A stretch of 63,005 nucleotides of DNA, counting the filler, from Octopus bimaculoides (taxonomy: Eukaryota): the NCBI RefSeq assembly GCF_001194135.2. It is 4 parts of 4 records of this genome, joined end to end, with 100 filler letters (N's around TTAATTAATTAA, not from the genome) between each part and the next. Parts side by side here need not be neighbours in the genome. Positions count along the whole stretch, not along the records: positions 1 to 14,304 come from NC_068982.1; positions 14,405 to 37,756 come from NC_068983.1; 2 more parts are not named here. The stretch is one strand, 5' to 3'. The position numbers and the translations under genes were made by a program. The notes beneath the pieces were generated by a model. It saw nothing but the letters and a program-made list of their open reading frames with translations. It made no database searches and was not told the DNA's origin. Shown piece by piece: positions 12,721-25,364 of this stretch; the stretch's first letter is position 1; each line of letters begins with the position of its first letter.

Positions 12721-14164
12721 ATTTCTTTTTTTTTTTCCAGCATGCTCCTTTTATCAAGTCGAGCAGTGTTACGACACCTAATGTAACGAATATAGTGTGA
12801 GATGGTAGTGTCTAAGAACAGACAATAGACAGGTGTTATAAGCTATTAATTAATTCAACTTAATTTAATGAGTTTAAATCTCAATGTGGTCAATTTTGCT
12901 TTTCATCCTTCCGGGATCAATACAGTAAAGTACCAGTCAAGTACTGTAGTTGATATTATCAACTGTTCCCGCCTCAAATATCTCTGGCCTTTTGCCTATG
13001 TAAGAAATAAATTTAGTCTTATTTATTTTTACATATTTGACGAGACGGATCAGCTTGGCTCTTTTTAACAAGCAACTTGATTCTAGTCTTTGATAGTCTT
13101 GCACAAAATTTGTTCTTTGTTATAAACATTGCCGATGTTTCTTGTTCACAACGGTAGGTAGATGGGAAGAGCAAAAGTTTCACCGCACACTTTCTAGATG
13201 CACACATTGCGTTTGGACGGTTGTGATTACTTCAAAATTCCACTGCTCTTTTACAAACCTCACGCAACTCTGCAATTCTTCTTGCTTACTGCTAGAGGTA
13301 CGCTTACCCTGTTTGAGAAACTTTTTGAGTCTATTCTTTGACAATTTTCACCCATGTAAAGTTAGATCATTTTCAATGGGAAAAGCGATTCCGTTTACAA
13401 GGCCACGAATGTTGCTGTTGTTGTTTAGTTTCAAATGAAACCTAGCCTTGTGGATTTATAACCAAAGACGTTGCAACAAACGACCAGCAATCTTAATAAT
13501 GTATCTGCAGAGTGTTGTAGTCCTCTAAGTTTTAAAAGATATCATTTGAATGAGATATTTCTAGCAAGCATATCGGCTACTTAAAAACTGTCTTGCAGAC
13601 ACCAAACTTTATACACAAAGTAAATACTCTGACTGAAGCTTCAAGGAACAAAACAATGTAGATAACATAAAACGTCATTTAAAAATGTTACTGAATTAGA
13701 TTACTTGCAAAGATAAATTAAGTAATTAAAGTTAAAGTAAGAATAGAAAATAATATCATGCCATGATAAATAAACCTATTTTCCGTAATTAAACCTTAAA
13801 ACTAATTATTAATTCCCTAACTAAGGGATTCGTAAGTAATTATAAATGCACTAAATAGAGGATTAGGATAATCAGAAAAGTTGAATCTTATAATATCAAT
13901 GTGACGCTAAAATGATATTAGAGCGTTGTTTGTCGTCGTAGTTTCAAATGAAGGAAATTGACCTTGATGTAGTCGTTGTTTTCCTCATCATCAACGCTGC
14001 TGCCAGTCGCTTCGTCTGGTTGCAATAACAAGCAAATTGCCCAAAAATCAAGCATATTTCTGCCTATTAAATATGCATGATCTGCCATCTTCATTGGGTG
14101 CATGGGGATTAGGAAAACATCCGACAAGCAGACTGTTAGTCAGAGCACCAATTAACAACAAAAT

Positions 14165-14269
14165 AAGACCTTCAAGAAAGTGACCAGCTCTAAAACTGGG
14201 ATGTTGGAATGTCCGGTCAATGACGCCCGATTTTTCCCAAGATCTGCAGGGTGTCCGTGATGGATGCCA

Positions 14270-14270
<1 letters not shown>
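14165..14270 (+). mobile_element. RTE-clade LINE ORF start (endonuclease N-terminus), short relic
   Basis: Translates to ALKLGCWNVRSMTPDFSQDLQG, resembling the LKLGCWNVRTM start of RTE ORFs; truncated by (TA)n and a gap. Confidence 0.6.
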
Positions 14271-14304
<34 letters not shown>

Positions 14305-14348
14305 NNNNNNNNNNNNNNNNNNNNNNNNNNNNNNNNNNNNNNNNNNNN

Positions 14349-14360
14349 TTAATTAATTAA
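14349..14360. other. Assembly gap linker TTAATTAATTAA (artefact)
   Basis: 44 N + 12 nt + 44 N = exactly 100 nt; the same arrangement occurs at 37801-37812 and 58803-58814; the palindrome gives stops in all six frames. Confidence 0.95.
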
Positions 14361-14543
14361 NNNNNNNNNNNNNNNNNNNNNNNNNNNNNNNNNNNNNNNN
14401 NNNNATACATATTTTACCTATGAATTTGCGTGTGTAAACTGGGAATGCATACAACGAGTTTCTCTGCCCTAGGTGTACGGAAAACACTCGGCGAGAAATG
14501 GAAGAAAATTTGAAGAAAGAAGAAAAAAAACAACATAATAATG

Positions 14544-14597
<54 letters not shown>

Positions 14598-14599
14598 GC

Positions 14600-14950
14600 C
14601 CTGATACAAGACCAGGCACCGACTCTCATACATTCTGATCATAGCTGATTGGAGGTGTTATGTACATGTTTTGTCCTCGTATAATAGATGGGCTACAGCA
14701 AATATTCTGCTCAATACCACAGATTTGCTTGTCAATTGAGCATGTTCCTTGATGGCTGACGATATGTGTATGTGTGATCACGAGCAGAAGTAGTGGGGGT
14801 AGAATCATAGTCATGTTTTGAGAGGAATGTTTGGTGTTTGAATAATTCACCTCTGGAAACATAGTTGTTTCGTTCAACATTCTTATTCAGGGACCTTTTG
14901 AGCAGGATGAGCTCAAGAAGATTCTAACTAGGCTGAAGAAAATTCTATCT
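14600..14950 (-). repeat. Interspersed repeat, also present in opposite orientation at 25640-25830; class unresolved
   Basis: gatcacgagcagaagtagt...ggaaacatagttgtttcgttcaacat...gggaccttttgagc is the diverged reverse complement of 25655-25820; (AAT)n at the left end. Confidence 0.6.
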
Positions 14951-17859
14951 GGGCCCCCACCTGTGTGGTATGTTTTGAATCAGCTATGTTTGGTTTTTCT
15001 TGCAGGCCAAAGTACAATATTGATTCTCGACCGTTTCTGTGAGTGAGTTTTAAAGAATGGATGGAAAAAGAGAATTAAACATGGTTCCGGAGTTATGTTT
15101 AATAATGGAAAATAAAAGTATATTGCTGTAGATAAAAATGTACGACAAAAATTATTCGCAAAGTTTAACACTAGTCAGTGTCGGGTGAAAACTTCTGTAT
15201 TACTGCGTTAAGGAGAAAGACTAATAATCATAAATCATAGGAGATAAAAAAGGCGAGGAATAATATGTCTTTTTCAAGTGTAAAGTTCTTTTTGGGGTCC
15301 TTACATATCTTGCATTGTGTATCAAGTGAGCAAATGTACCATGAACTTAGTACAAATTAATTTTTAAGTAGAGATTCTGCAGACGAGATAAATCTATAAA
15401 TTCTAGTCAAACGTCAGAACAGTTGTTGGGGCACTATCTGTGTAGATCCCTCTTATGAAATAAAAATACAAGAAAGAGAAAGTTAAAATATTGATAAGAA
15501 TTGGAAAAAGATGAAAACGGTGAAAATTGAGACGAAAATGGAATGAAATAGAGAAATTTAAAATAAAATGGGGAAAAAAAAGAAAGCGAATGAGAGCGAT
15601 AGAAAACTAAAAACCATATTTCTTGTGAAAACAATTATCAAAATGATAATTATATATGTAGTTCTTTGAAGAGAATAGATTTGGAGGAAAATGTACGGAA
15701 TCATGTCAATTGATAACTGAAGCAAGAATGTAATATCCTACTCATTTTTTGTAGACAGCATTTCTTCAAAAAATCATATTAAAAGTACAAAGTCAAGTGC
15801 AGGGTATATAAAACGGTATATAAAGAACATAGTTTTCCATCTAGCTGAATCTGGTTATTTAGCATTAAAAATACATGAAATATGCATCCTGTTGATCTGT
15901 CTCTACACATAGGAAGATAAAGATGATAGAAGTAGAATGGAAGGATAAACTGTCAAGTATATTTTAAAGTCTCAATTACAATCTGGAATGATTTATACCT
16001 TAACAAAGCAACGATATACAAATATAAAACATGAGTAAACGTAAATGTTATGTATTAAATAGGAATGCACATTATTCTTGCATTTATGTCAAGATGAAGC
16101 TATAAAATCTCAATATTTGCAGAAAGTCGTTGTGCTTCTCCTACATTGATACAATGAACTCAGAGAAGTTAGGTGGCTAGGGAATCTAGGTTTTGAGATA
16201 ATGTGCGTAGTAAGTTTATGGTTAATTAAACCAATATTTGAATTGGTTATTTATGCCATTATTAACCACCGTAATCGTCGTTACAGTTATTGTTTAACCC
16301 TTGGCGAGTCCTGATGGAGTAGGTCGATGATAAAAGGCGTTCCATCTATGATCATTCAAATCTCTTTTTATTTTATTTCGGATTATATTATCCAATATAC
16401 AATACATTCTGTTAGATGGCATTGAGTGATGTAACTTACTGCTATTCCTCGTAGGACAACCGAACACTTGGAAGCTCGTTTATACAATTATAGTTGTTAG
16501 AGTAATGGCAATTAGTGCGTATTGTAAATAGTTCTTAATTGCTAGTCTAAAAGTATATTTTAGCTTTGAAAGGGACTTTCAATCTCTTCAAGAAAGTAAA
16601 TGTAACAAGACAACTTTGATGAAATGCCATGGTTCCTTCGAAGGATTTCATTTATTTCGATTTCTTTTGCGACAACTATAGTTTCCGTCAGTATCTACAG
16701 TGTCTGTCCGTATGTAATTTGTACCAAATATACTTAATAAGAATGTAATTTTTAAATACCCAGAGTGAACATTGCACTTACTTCTGTTTAACATTTGGTT
16801 CCTTCCATTTCCCAAACAATCAATTTTCACAAAACATTTACATTTATTCCATCTTAATCATTAGATTAGTCTTAAGAACTAAATTGACATTCATCGTGAT
16901 GCTGTCTGTTGTCTCCTTTTTCTAGGAAACATATCCATCTTCGAGAAAAAAGTTTACAGTATTCTGTACACTATTCCGTTTCCTTTTCACTCAATAAATT
17001 ATCTGTTCTAGTGGGAAATTAAAGAGATGAAACTGAGAGTGAAAGGGAGCTAACCTAGAAAGATATACTCTATGCCATGTAATAAATGGTTGACGAACGT
17101 GAGCAATTTGAGGATGTTCATTTCTATGAAGGTGGACCAGGGCTATAAATTTACTTGGAGGTACACCTTGAAAAAAAAAAAAACTCAATTATTCTATATT
17201 GTAAGGTGTTTATTTTCTTAAACAGAAAAATCACATAAAATATTGGGATTTTTTCAAAGATAGTTAATGTGTACGAAACATTAAACAGTAATTGCTTTGA
17301 ATATGAAGTCTGATATTTTTAGTTAAAAATGATTAATGATTGATATGTTATTGAAATTACGTTTTGCCTATCTGATAATTTGAAACCTTCACAGAAAAAT
17401 ATTAGCAGAAATATTATTATTTGATTGACTCCACTACAATTACTTTTAGTAGATTCAGTCAGGGCCTGTGGCCATGTTGGAGACACGTATATAATAGAAC
17501 TTGTGAACGTTGCAAAATACATCAGAACAACTCAGTTCGATTTATCTCGTTACAATCTCGTTTGTCATTTCCACACCTACAATATTACTGTAAATAGCTT
17601 TACGACGCTAACATTTTAAATATTTGTATACCTAACAGAAATTAAAAATATAATATTGTTTATGTTAAATAAAGCTTTCTAGATAAAACTGCATAATTGT
17701 TGTTTCCATTCCTTATCTTTATATTCGCCTTAGAATATTTTCTTTGGAAATTATAATCCACATTTTCAATTCTACTCTACCTAATAATTATTAATGGAGA
17801 TTACAAGTGTCTCATATTGATTAGCTATAACATCTATGATGCTAAGTTAATGCGAAATG

Positions 17860-18330
17860 AGTTGATGTACTCACCACATTCCTAGGCTTTAAAAATACGT
17901 ATATACAGGTACATCGACTGTGGTTTCAAAATCGAATCGAATCGTAAACTTGTCAGGCGACACTTGCGGAGTGAAATGTAAATTATTGTTATATTGATCA
18001 AATAAACTCAAAATAAACACAAAGAACGGTATGTACACGGTATGCGAAATGAAGGGTCGTTATTTTAATTTAGGTTAATTAAATATCACCGAATAAACAT
18101 GAGCTATAAATGGAGGAAACCTTGTTTGTTGTCAAATGCATTTTGGCTGCGCTATTTCGTCCCGGAAATTCCCTTTCAAGACGTAGTGAGTTAAAAGCTA
18201 GACGGATCGAATCGTTTCGGAGGTGAACGAGAACGATAAATATCGGTATTTCGCTCTTACTTCAGCTCGTCGGTGCCGAATATTTGATTCCCCCTCGAGA
18301 ATTCAAATCGTTGGCTTCTCGACGTTTTAC
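17860..18330. promoter_or_regulatory. Candidate CpG-rich (possibly bidirectional) promoter or first-exon region
   Basis: Roughly 30 CpGs in about 430 bp of non-repetitive-looking DNA, ETS-like CCGGAAAT near 18161, minus-strand consensus donor GTGAGT at 17874-17869 and plus-strand donor-like sites (GGAG|GTGAAC near 18222). Motif inference only. Confidence 0.35.
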
Positions 18331-19261
18331 TACATGTTCATTTATTTGATATATTATGCATATCTATATAAGTATGTACTGACGCACATGTATATATATT
18401 TGTTTTGCAAGCACATCTAAGGTCAGGTTCCTGCCCCATATTCAGCGTTGATTGGCCTATTTTGTGAGTCGTCCCTACATATCTGCGGAGATTTGATGTT
18501 TTTACTACAATTTCCCTTGGCCAAGGTGGGACTGGACCCGAAACCTCTTAAACAGATAGACCTGATTATGTTAATGCTTGATAAAAAAGTTCTAAGAAGT
18601 TTTCACATGTATTTTACGCACTCTGTTCACGCCACTGTTACATACCATTAGTTTCTATTGCACAGATGCATTATCAATAGTTGGTATTTCTGAGGTAAAT
18701 TATTCTTATATTTTGTTAATGTTTACTTGCAGGGGCTTCTGTTAATTCCAGGACTAATTGGATGTCATAATTCTCAGCAGATGTCCATATTACCAAAAAC
18801 AAGGTATTTCTAGCGTATGGTTTAACCACACCTTTTGCTTGTCTCATAGAAAGTGCTTCCCAAAACACATCCGCTGATGTATTGTCATATTATCTACATT
18901 CTAAATATGCTCTGACAAGCTAGCATCCATAGGCCCTCAGCTCACAAAGTAGTCATACCTGAATTGTTTCAGTGTTTGGGGAAATCTAGAATATTTGATC
19001 GATACCCACTTTTTGTAGTGAAGGGTATTTCATTGTTTGGTTTTGAACAAGATGTTATTGTCATTTATTCACGCCTATATAATATGTCTCTTCTCCACTC
19101 CATAGTGCTGAATATATGTAATTTTCTATTCTATTCTTTATTCTGCACCTCATTTAAATTCTCGCTATTCCCTGTGTTTTTGTTTCTCTTCTCTATGGCG
19201 TCTTTTGTTTCTTCTTGCGTCTTCTCTTTTTCAACAATTCATTCTCTTCTGCTCTCTCCCT

Positions 19262-19293
<32 letters not shown>

Positions 19294-20699
19294 TTGTTAC
19301 TCTCGTGCTGTTTGCTACATGCTTTCCTTTCTCTGTTTCCACTCCCCCTCTGCCTTTAGAAAAATTAGCAACTGTGTGACAACTATGGCAAAAGACATCT
19401 TTGTATGAATTTATTGATAAATGTGTCCATTAATATTGCCTCAGGAAAAGCGAAGTTCTCAATCATATGCATTTTGAACTGATTTCCAAATAAGTTCCCT
19501 TCAATCAAATTGATTTTATAATATCTACTGATATTCTAAACCCTTGCGAGAGAGAAATCTATTCAGTATTTTGGTATAACACAAATGATTATGATCCTCC
19601 AAAAGGATGTTACTATGCATGGATATCATAAAAAACACACGATGACTTCCAAAGCCATTTGACAAAGGAACTGACAAAAGAAGAGCACCTAGGAATGGTT
19701 GGACAGTACGAAATTGCCGCAAATGTGTAGCTGCTACTGCCCACTCATGAGTGAAACTTTTAATGTATACATCAAGTTTGAGTTACACAATTCAACAAAT
19801 GTATCAAATAGATTTACAAATACATCATCAAGGAAACTGATGCTGCAATATTTACCCTAAAAGAGCTGTGTTGAGCTAAGCCAGTTGCAGTAAGGACACA
19901 ACATTAAAAGGGAAGGTGATTTCTGTTGTTTTCTGTTTTCCATATACCCAAGCATGCTCCCAAGCATGCAACAATTTGCTGTCACCATACCCAATTTACT
20001 CATACAATTTATCAACAGTAAATTTAAATTATTCCGGGCACAATACTTATAGAATCCTTTGGGCTGTGGCATTATGATCCTGTTGTAAAAACATTGCCGT
20101 ATCATCAAGCCAAGTTATACATGACAAAGAAGAAAAAATAATGGAGAGAAGAAAGTAAAGTAGCTCCTGCTGTAGGTCAAATGGACATTAATTTTGAGAG
20201 TATCATCTGAGAGAAAATATACTGTATGTATACCCTACTGCAACAGATGCTTCTTTTTACAGCAATTTAAACTTGAGAAATTGCTGTAATTCCTTTAAAT
20301 ATCTTCGAATAAGCAATGGAAAAACTGGTACCACCTATAGAGAGATATGTTTTAAATTTGAATGGCTGGAAAATGATGCCCAGCGGGAAACAACATATTT
20401 CGAAGTGTTTGTATATAAAAAAGCAACCAAGATTTTTATAGTTTTTCTTTTGCTATGCTGTTAAGATGCTGTGAATCAACCAACCTGATTCAGCTTTGGA
20501 TAAATATCCTGAAAACTTTGATGAAGATTTCTAATAGTTATGACGTTCAACAGATGTACTCCTACATGAAAATAGTGTACACAGAAGAAAACGACAAGTA
20601 ATCCTCGATAAGCTGATTTATATAGAGAGACAAGAAATTCAAATCTACACCTGGATACATTAAAGTCAATGACACAGCAACAAAAATTTTATAAGAAGT

Positions 20700-21366
20700 A
20701 TCGACATGTAAATAACATATGTCAATGATAATGAATCCAAACTCACGACAAACCTAATGGCAGTATATTCTGCTATTTTCTCAGAGTTCGGTAGTAAGGA
20801 ACTGAATTTCTTTTCTCAATGTTTAAAGTAAAACTTGCAAGAGCCTATTCATTAGTTTATTCCTTGCCAAAGTCTATCCTCATAAATACTTAGATTACTG
20901 TAGTTGTTTTAATGTATTACCAATATATTTCTTCCTGCAAGCCGACAGTACATTGTTGTACTTCCGGTACTAATTCCAGGAAGCAATTCACCCACCCCGT
21001 TCTGTCTATGATTTATAAATTCTTATGACGTTAAAAATACTTTTATTTTACTTTACTTTATGCTATTTTATTTTACTTTACTTTAAAGCTAACTAATTCT
21101 ATTTTATTTATCTATACTTCTTATATGATATTCCTATCAGATTTTTATAGGATTCAACAGCTTTGCTTCATTCTTATTCGATGTGCTTGTTTTCTGATGT
21201 ACATTCAAATCTCTTTTATAAGGAGTATCACATCGACATGTAAATAACATATGTCAATGATAATGAATCCAAACTCACGACAAACCTAATGGCAGTAAAT
21301 TCTGCCATTTTCTCAGAGTTCGGTAACAACGAAGTGAATTTGTTTTCTCAATGTTTAAAGTAAAAC
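20700..21366. repeat. Pair of 135-bp direct repeats (20700-20834 and 21232-21366)
   Basis: Manual alignment gives 7 substitutions over 135 bp, all within one 68-bp sub-segment. Confidence 0.92.
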
Positions 21367-22218
21367 GTAAGCCTTTATGCGTCTCCGATCCCGAAACCAC
21401 ATCTTCGCATAGTCAATATCCAGTCCATGAATCATATTACGGGTAGTTATTCCTCATTCTTATATTCTTTCCATTTCTTCAAATTACTAGTGGTGACAGG
21501 CAGATATATACTAACACACATTCAACGTCATTACATTATAGCATGGCATATCACCTCTCTCTCACCTGAAACAATGTATATTATCAAGTATCCCCGTTTC
21601 CAATATAGTGATTTCTAATATCTACTCCTGTAAATAACTATCTAAGTATTAAGCATCTATTCTTTTCTTTTCACATTATTATTAAAAAATTAATATTTAA
21701 TTATTGTCATTTTGGTTCTAAGCTAGTTTATCCTGAATCTTTTTTAATTCCATTTTACTTTATGTCATTCTCAACCCGGCGTTTTTCCAACATAAGCATC
21801 TTAACTAAATAAGTACCTACTCACCTTCGACAATGAAATAAAATTCTACTTTAGCTTAATTGATTACAAGTCCCGATTTATGTTATGTTGACTTGTCCAA
21901 AAGGACGAAATGGTACTATTCACGACTATCTGCGACTTTAAGGCAAATCCGCACTGGCGGTATTTTACTTGAATGTAAGAAGTTTTTCTGTCTCTATCTG
22001 TTTTCTCTACTGTTAAAAGAAGGAAAAAGTGAATTTAGCTTAATTAATTCAAGACTCGCTCAATTTCTACCCTGTTCTCTGCTGTTAGAATAAAGAAGAA
22101 AAAATGAATTTAGCTTAATTAACTTCAAGTTCCGAGTTATGACGTGCCGATGAATCAAATAGAATTAGAGCTATTCAACACTAATGATTTTAAGAACTTT
22201 ATCTCATGGAAAGGAATA

Positions 22219-23137
22219 CGAGGTGACATCAAACATTTCCAGTACTAGTACTGTAGCACGCCAACAAAAAGCAGTACACGATTTCGTGCGCAGTGAGAGC
22301 TCGCAGTGACATTCATGAGGCAGTGTGCCGAGGGACATTGCTGTGTTTACTTCGTGATTTGTGAAATTTGTGTTTTTGTGATCACGTGTATGCTGTAGTT
22401 TGCGATTTTTATCATAGAAAGGAAGTTGAAGCTAAGAGCCAACTTGAAATTTTGCGTTCAATTTGGGAAGTCTACGACAGAGACATAGGGCATACTTCAA
22501 CAAGCATATGGCGACGAGACAATGGGTCGTACGTAATATTTCGACTGACATGGGCGCTTCAAAAGACATGACAGAACCGCAGCTTATTCAACAGCATGCT
22601 CATCGTTGTTATCGACAACCGCGGTATTATGCATCGAGACTTTCTCCCCGAGGGCCAGAACATCAATCGAGAATTCTACTGCAACCTTTTGAAGCATTTG
22701 GAGGAGGATATTCTGCAAAATCAACCGGGTCTGTGGAGCGCGGTAAATTGGATTCTTCACGACGACAATGCACTCTGTCACCGAGCACTCTGCACTCTTG
22801 AGTTTCTCGCCATAAACAACATGGTATCGCTTCCCCACCGACCTATTGGCCAAATTTAGCACCAGGGGACGGACTTCCATCCCTATCCCAAGATGAAAAT
22901 GCAGCTCAAAGATAGCCGTTTTAACACTGTCGTCGGGCCCAGGAGCGAATCGTAGAAGGTCCTCGACTCGTTTATGGAAACTGACTTCCAGGCCGGATTC
23001 CAAAAGTGGCAGGAACGCTAGGACTGGTGTATTGTTGTGCAAAATGACTATTTCGAAGGGGATGATGTCAAAACTTAGGTACATAAGTTACTTTTTATTA
23101 AACATAACTAATCCGGGAAAGGTTTGATACTACTTCG
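22219..23137 (+). mobile_element. Mariner element, internally deleted, with both TIRs and TA TSDs
   Basis: TA|cgaggtgacatcaaacatttcc... and ...ggaaaggtttgatactacttcg|TA; N-terminal HTH remnant (RANLKFCVQFGKSTTET..QQAYGDE) joined directly to MLIVVIDNRGIMHRDFLPEGQNIN...ILHDDNA...APGDFHPYPKMKMQLK...YFEGD. Confidence 0.9.
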
Positions 23138-23789
23138 TACGAGAATTGTATAGAAATATATGTATGATCTTCACTGTTTAATGTAATTCGCTAACAAGCT
23201 TAAAGCCTGAAGCTAGTATCTCCTCTTCAGTAGAAGTAGTCATCCACGTACCTACTTTAGTTCCTTCGATTAATTTAGCTATTTACTGCATTATTCCTTG
23301 CGGCTCACCCATCACTTGTAAATCTATATCTTGTCTTAGCAAGTGTAATCTAATATCAACAGGAATCGTCCTCGTTAGCCTCATTACAATTCCTCCCACT
23401 TCTCTCGTGTGTTTTATTGCTTGTGTTCATTTTCTTTCCACTATCACTGTCACATCTCTTTACGTTATCTTTATTTTGTCAGCATGATCATTAATATTGT
23501 TACAGGACAAGGGAATACCATTATCCTCAACAAGCAGAATATGGTTTCAAACCCAGCTCGGGAGATAGGGATATGACATTAATTTGTTTTTCGGTGGTCG
23601 CATCAATATTCTTATTCTAACATTTTTTTCACTGTTGTTACTATCCTTAGCACTCCTTCTGTTATTTTTAATGTAAACCCTTTGTGGTCAATAAAAACAA
23701 ATCCNNNNNNNNNNNNNNNNNNNNNNNNNNNNNNNNNNNNNCTCCTCCTCCTCCTCCTCCTCCTCATCATCATCATCATCATCATTAGT

Positions 23790-24420
23790 TGTTGTAGTAT
23801 TCCTTCGTAACACAGTGTAGGTAAAAATGCACCGGAGTCTTTAGTCATCTGTCAAGTCACAACACGATCCTCAGACAGATCATAGTTTCCTTAAGATGTG
23901 CGCTGTGCCCAATAAGGCTGCTTTTTGCAAGACATCAATCTTGCATAGGATTTCCAGTTGCCTTAAGAAGTCTTGGGGTTTCAATGGGATTCAGCTCAAC
24001 GCTGTGATCACGACTGGTATCACTTTCACATTACCCCCTCGCACTCCATACAGTCTTGTCAGTTCCACTTGCAATTCGGAGTATTTGGTCATATTTTCTA
24101 CCTCTTTGCTCACAACATTCGTGTCATTTGATATGGCTACATCAATTATCTGATAGTATTTTTCCCTCTTATTCAATGTGACAATATACGGCCGACGGTG
24201 TTCGATTACACGATCCATCTGAAAATCACAGTCCCAGAGTATCGTTACTTTTCCATCATCCTGCCTAACTTTACTTGGTAAAAGTTCTCTGTTCCTTCAT
24301 ATTGGTATTTACGTCATAAGAGCCAATGAAGATACATGCACTCTTTATCATGGTGACGCTTGTATTCTTTTTGTGCAAGGCTCTCATATTTTCCACGCTC
24401 TTTCCATAGAGTCTGCATTT
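23790..24420 (-). mobile_element. R4/Dong-type LINE 3' end (RLE domain and 3' UTR)
   Basis: AQKEYKRHHDK...DRVIEHRRPYIV...IIDVAISND...KYSELQVEL...IPVVITAL...QKAALLGTAHILRK, a restriction-like endonuclease signature; tail runs into (ATG)n. Confidence 0.85.
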
Positions 24421-24424
24421 CTAG

Positions 24425-24477
<53 letters not shown>

Positions 24478-25190
24478 GACTCTCGGATAGTTCTTAATTT
24501 TCGCTTGTTCTTTACTTGAAAGCAGGCAATAACAAATCCCCAAATGCTTCAAGTAGTAACTTATCCTGTGACTCAGAGAGAATGCGAGCTGTACCCAACA
24601 ATGCTGTCTTCTGGATCACTTCGAGCCTGACAGCAGCTCCAATATTTTTAATATGTTTTTCAAGGCTCTCGAAAACTGGTACCAATGCTCCAATTACCAC
24701 CGGTATCTCCATTACTTTCCTCATGCCCCATAACTTTCCTATATCATCCAGCAGTGGCTGGTATTTTTCACTCCTTTCTGTTTCCTTAAATTTCACCCTC
24801 GAATCGCCTGGTATTGCAACATCTATTATTTTTGCTTTTTTTTCATCTTTATGGAGGATCACGATATCTGGCCGTGGCGCCTCTATGACTTGGTCGCACT
24901 GTATGTTAAAATCCAAAAGTATTTTGTAATGTTTGTTTTTCATTTACTCCTTGTGGCTTGCGTTCGGTTCTGTCGAGATTTGCTTCACCAGTGGAAATAT
25001 TTGGCCACATTGAGATTTCTACTTTTGTATTCGCGTTGTGCTAGCTTACAGCACTCACTAACGATATGGCTTATACTTTCTCCCTTCTCAGAGCACATCC
25101 TACACTGTGGCGAGTCAGTGCTTTTATCAATCAATATGATATTTGGCATAGTTTGTTCTGAGAGCTTGTTCTTGAGTGCTGCGCACTAAT
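24478..25190 (-). mobile_element. R4/Dong-type LINE 3' end (CCHC knuckle and RLE domain)
   Basis: CRMCSEKGESISHIVSEC (CCHC), DFNIQCDQVIEAPRPDIVI...IIDVAIPGD...EKYQPL...IPVVIGAL...QKTALLGTARIL; ends in (AAT)n at 24426-24477. Confidence 0.9.
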
Positions 25191-25364
25191 GCCTCAGTGG
25201 GTCCTTTAAGTCTCTTTTCTGCAGCAATTGTCTGGTTCTATTCGAATCTTTCCATCTTTGCTTTCTTTGCAACGAGTATTATGATGGAATTGTCACTCTA
25301 GTCTTTTGATAGCGAACTTTACTTCCTTAGCGAACTTTTCTTCCTTTTGATAGCAAACTTCTTC

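Noticed and set aside
13918-14015. Superficial SUMO-like wording (NNDYIKV...LKLRRQTTL)
   Set aside because: Lacks the rest of the ubiquitin fold and the di-glycine end; the similarity is likely coincidental.
14990-16130. Purine-rich tract suggestive of an old LINE ORF
   Set aside because: No diagnostic RT or endonuclease motif found in any frame.
21835-22135. Three copies of tttagcttaatt(a/g)a..caag at irregular spacing
   Set aside because: Short AT-rich local duplication; copies are not identical or evenly spaced, so it is not CRISPR-like and shows no functional signature.
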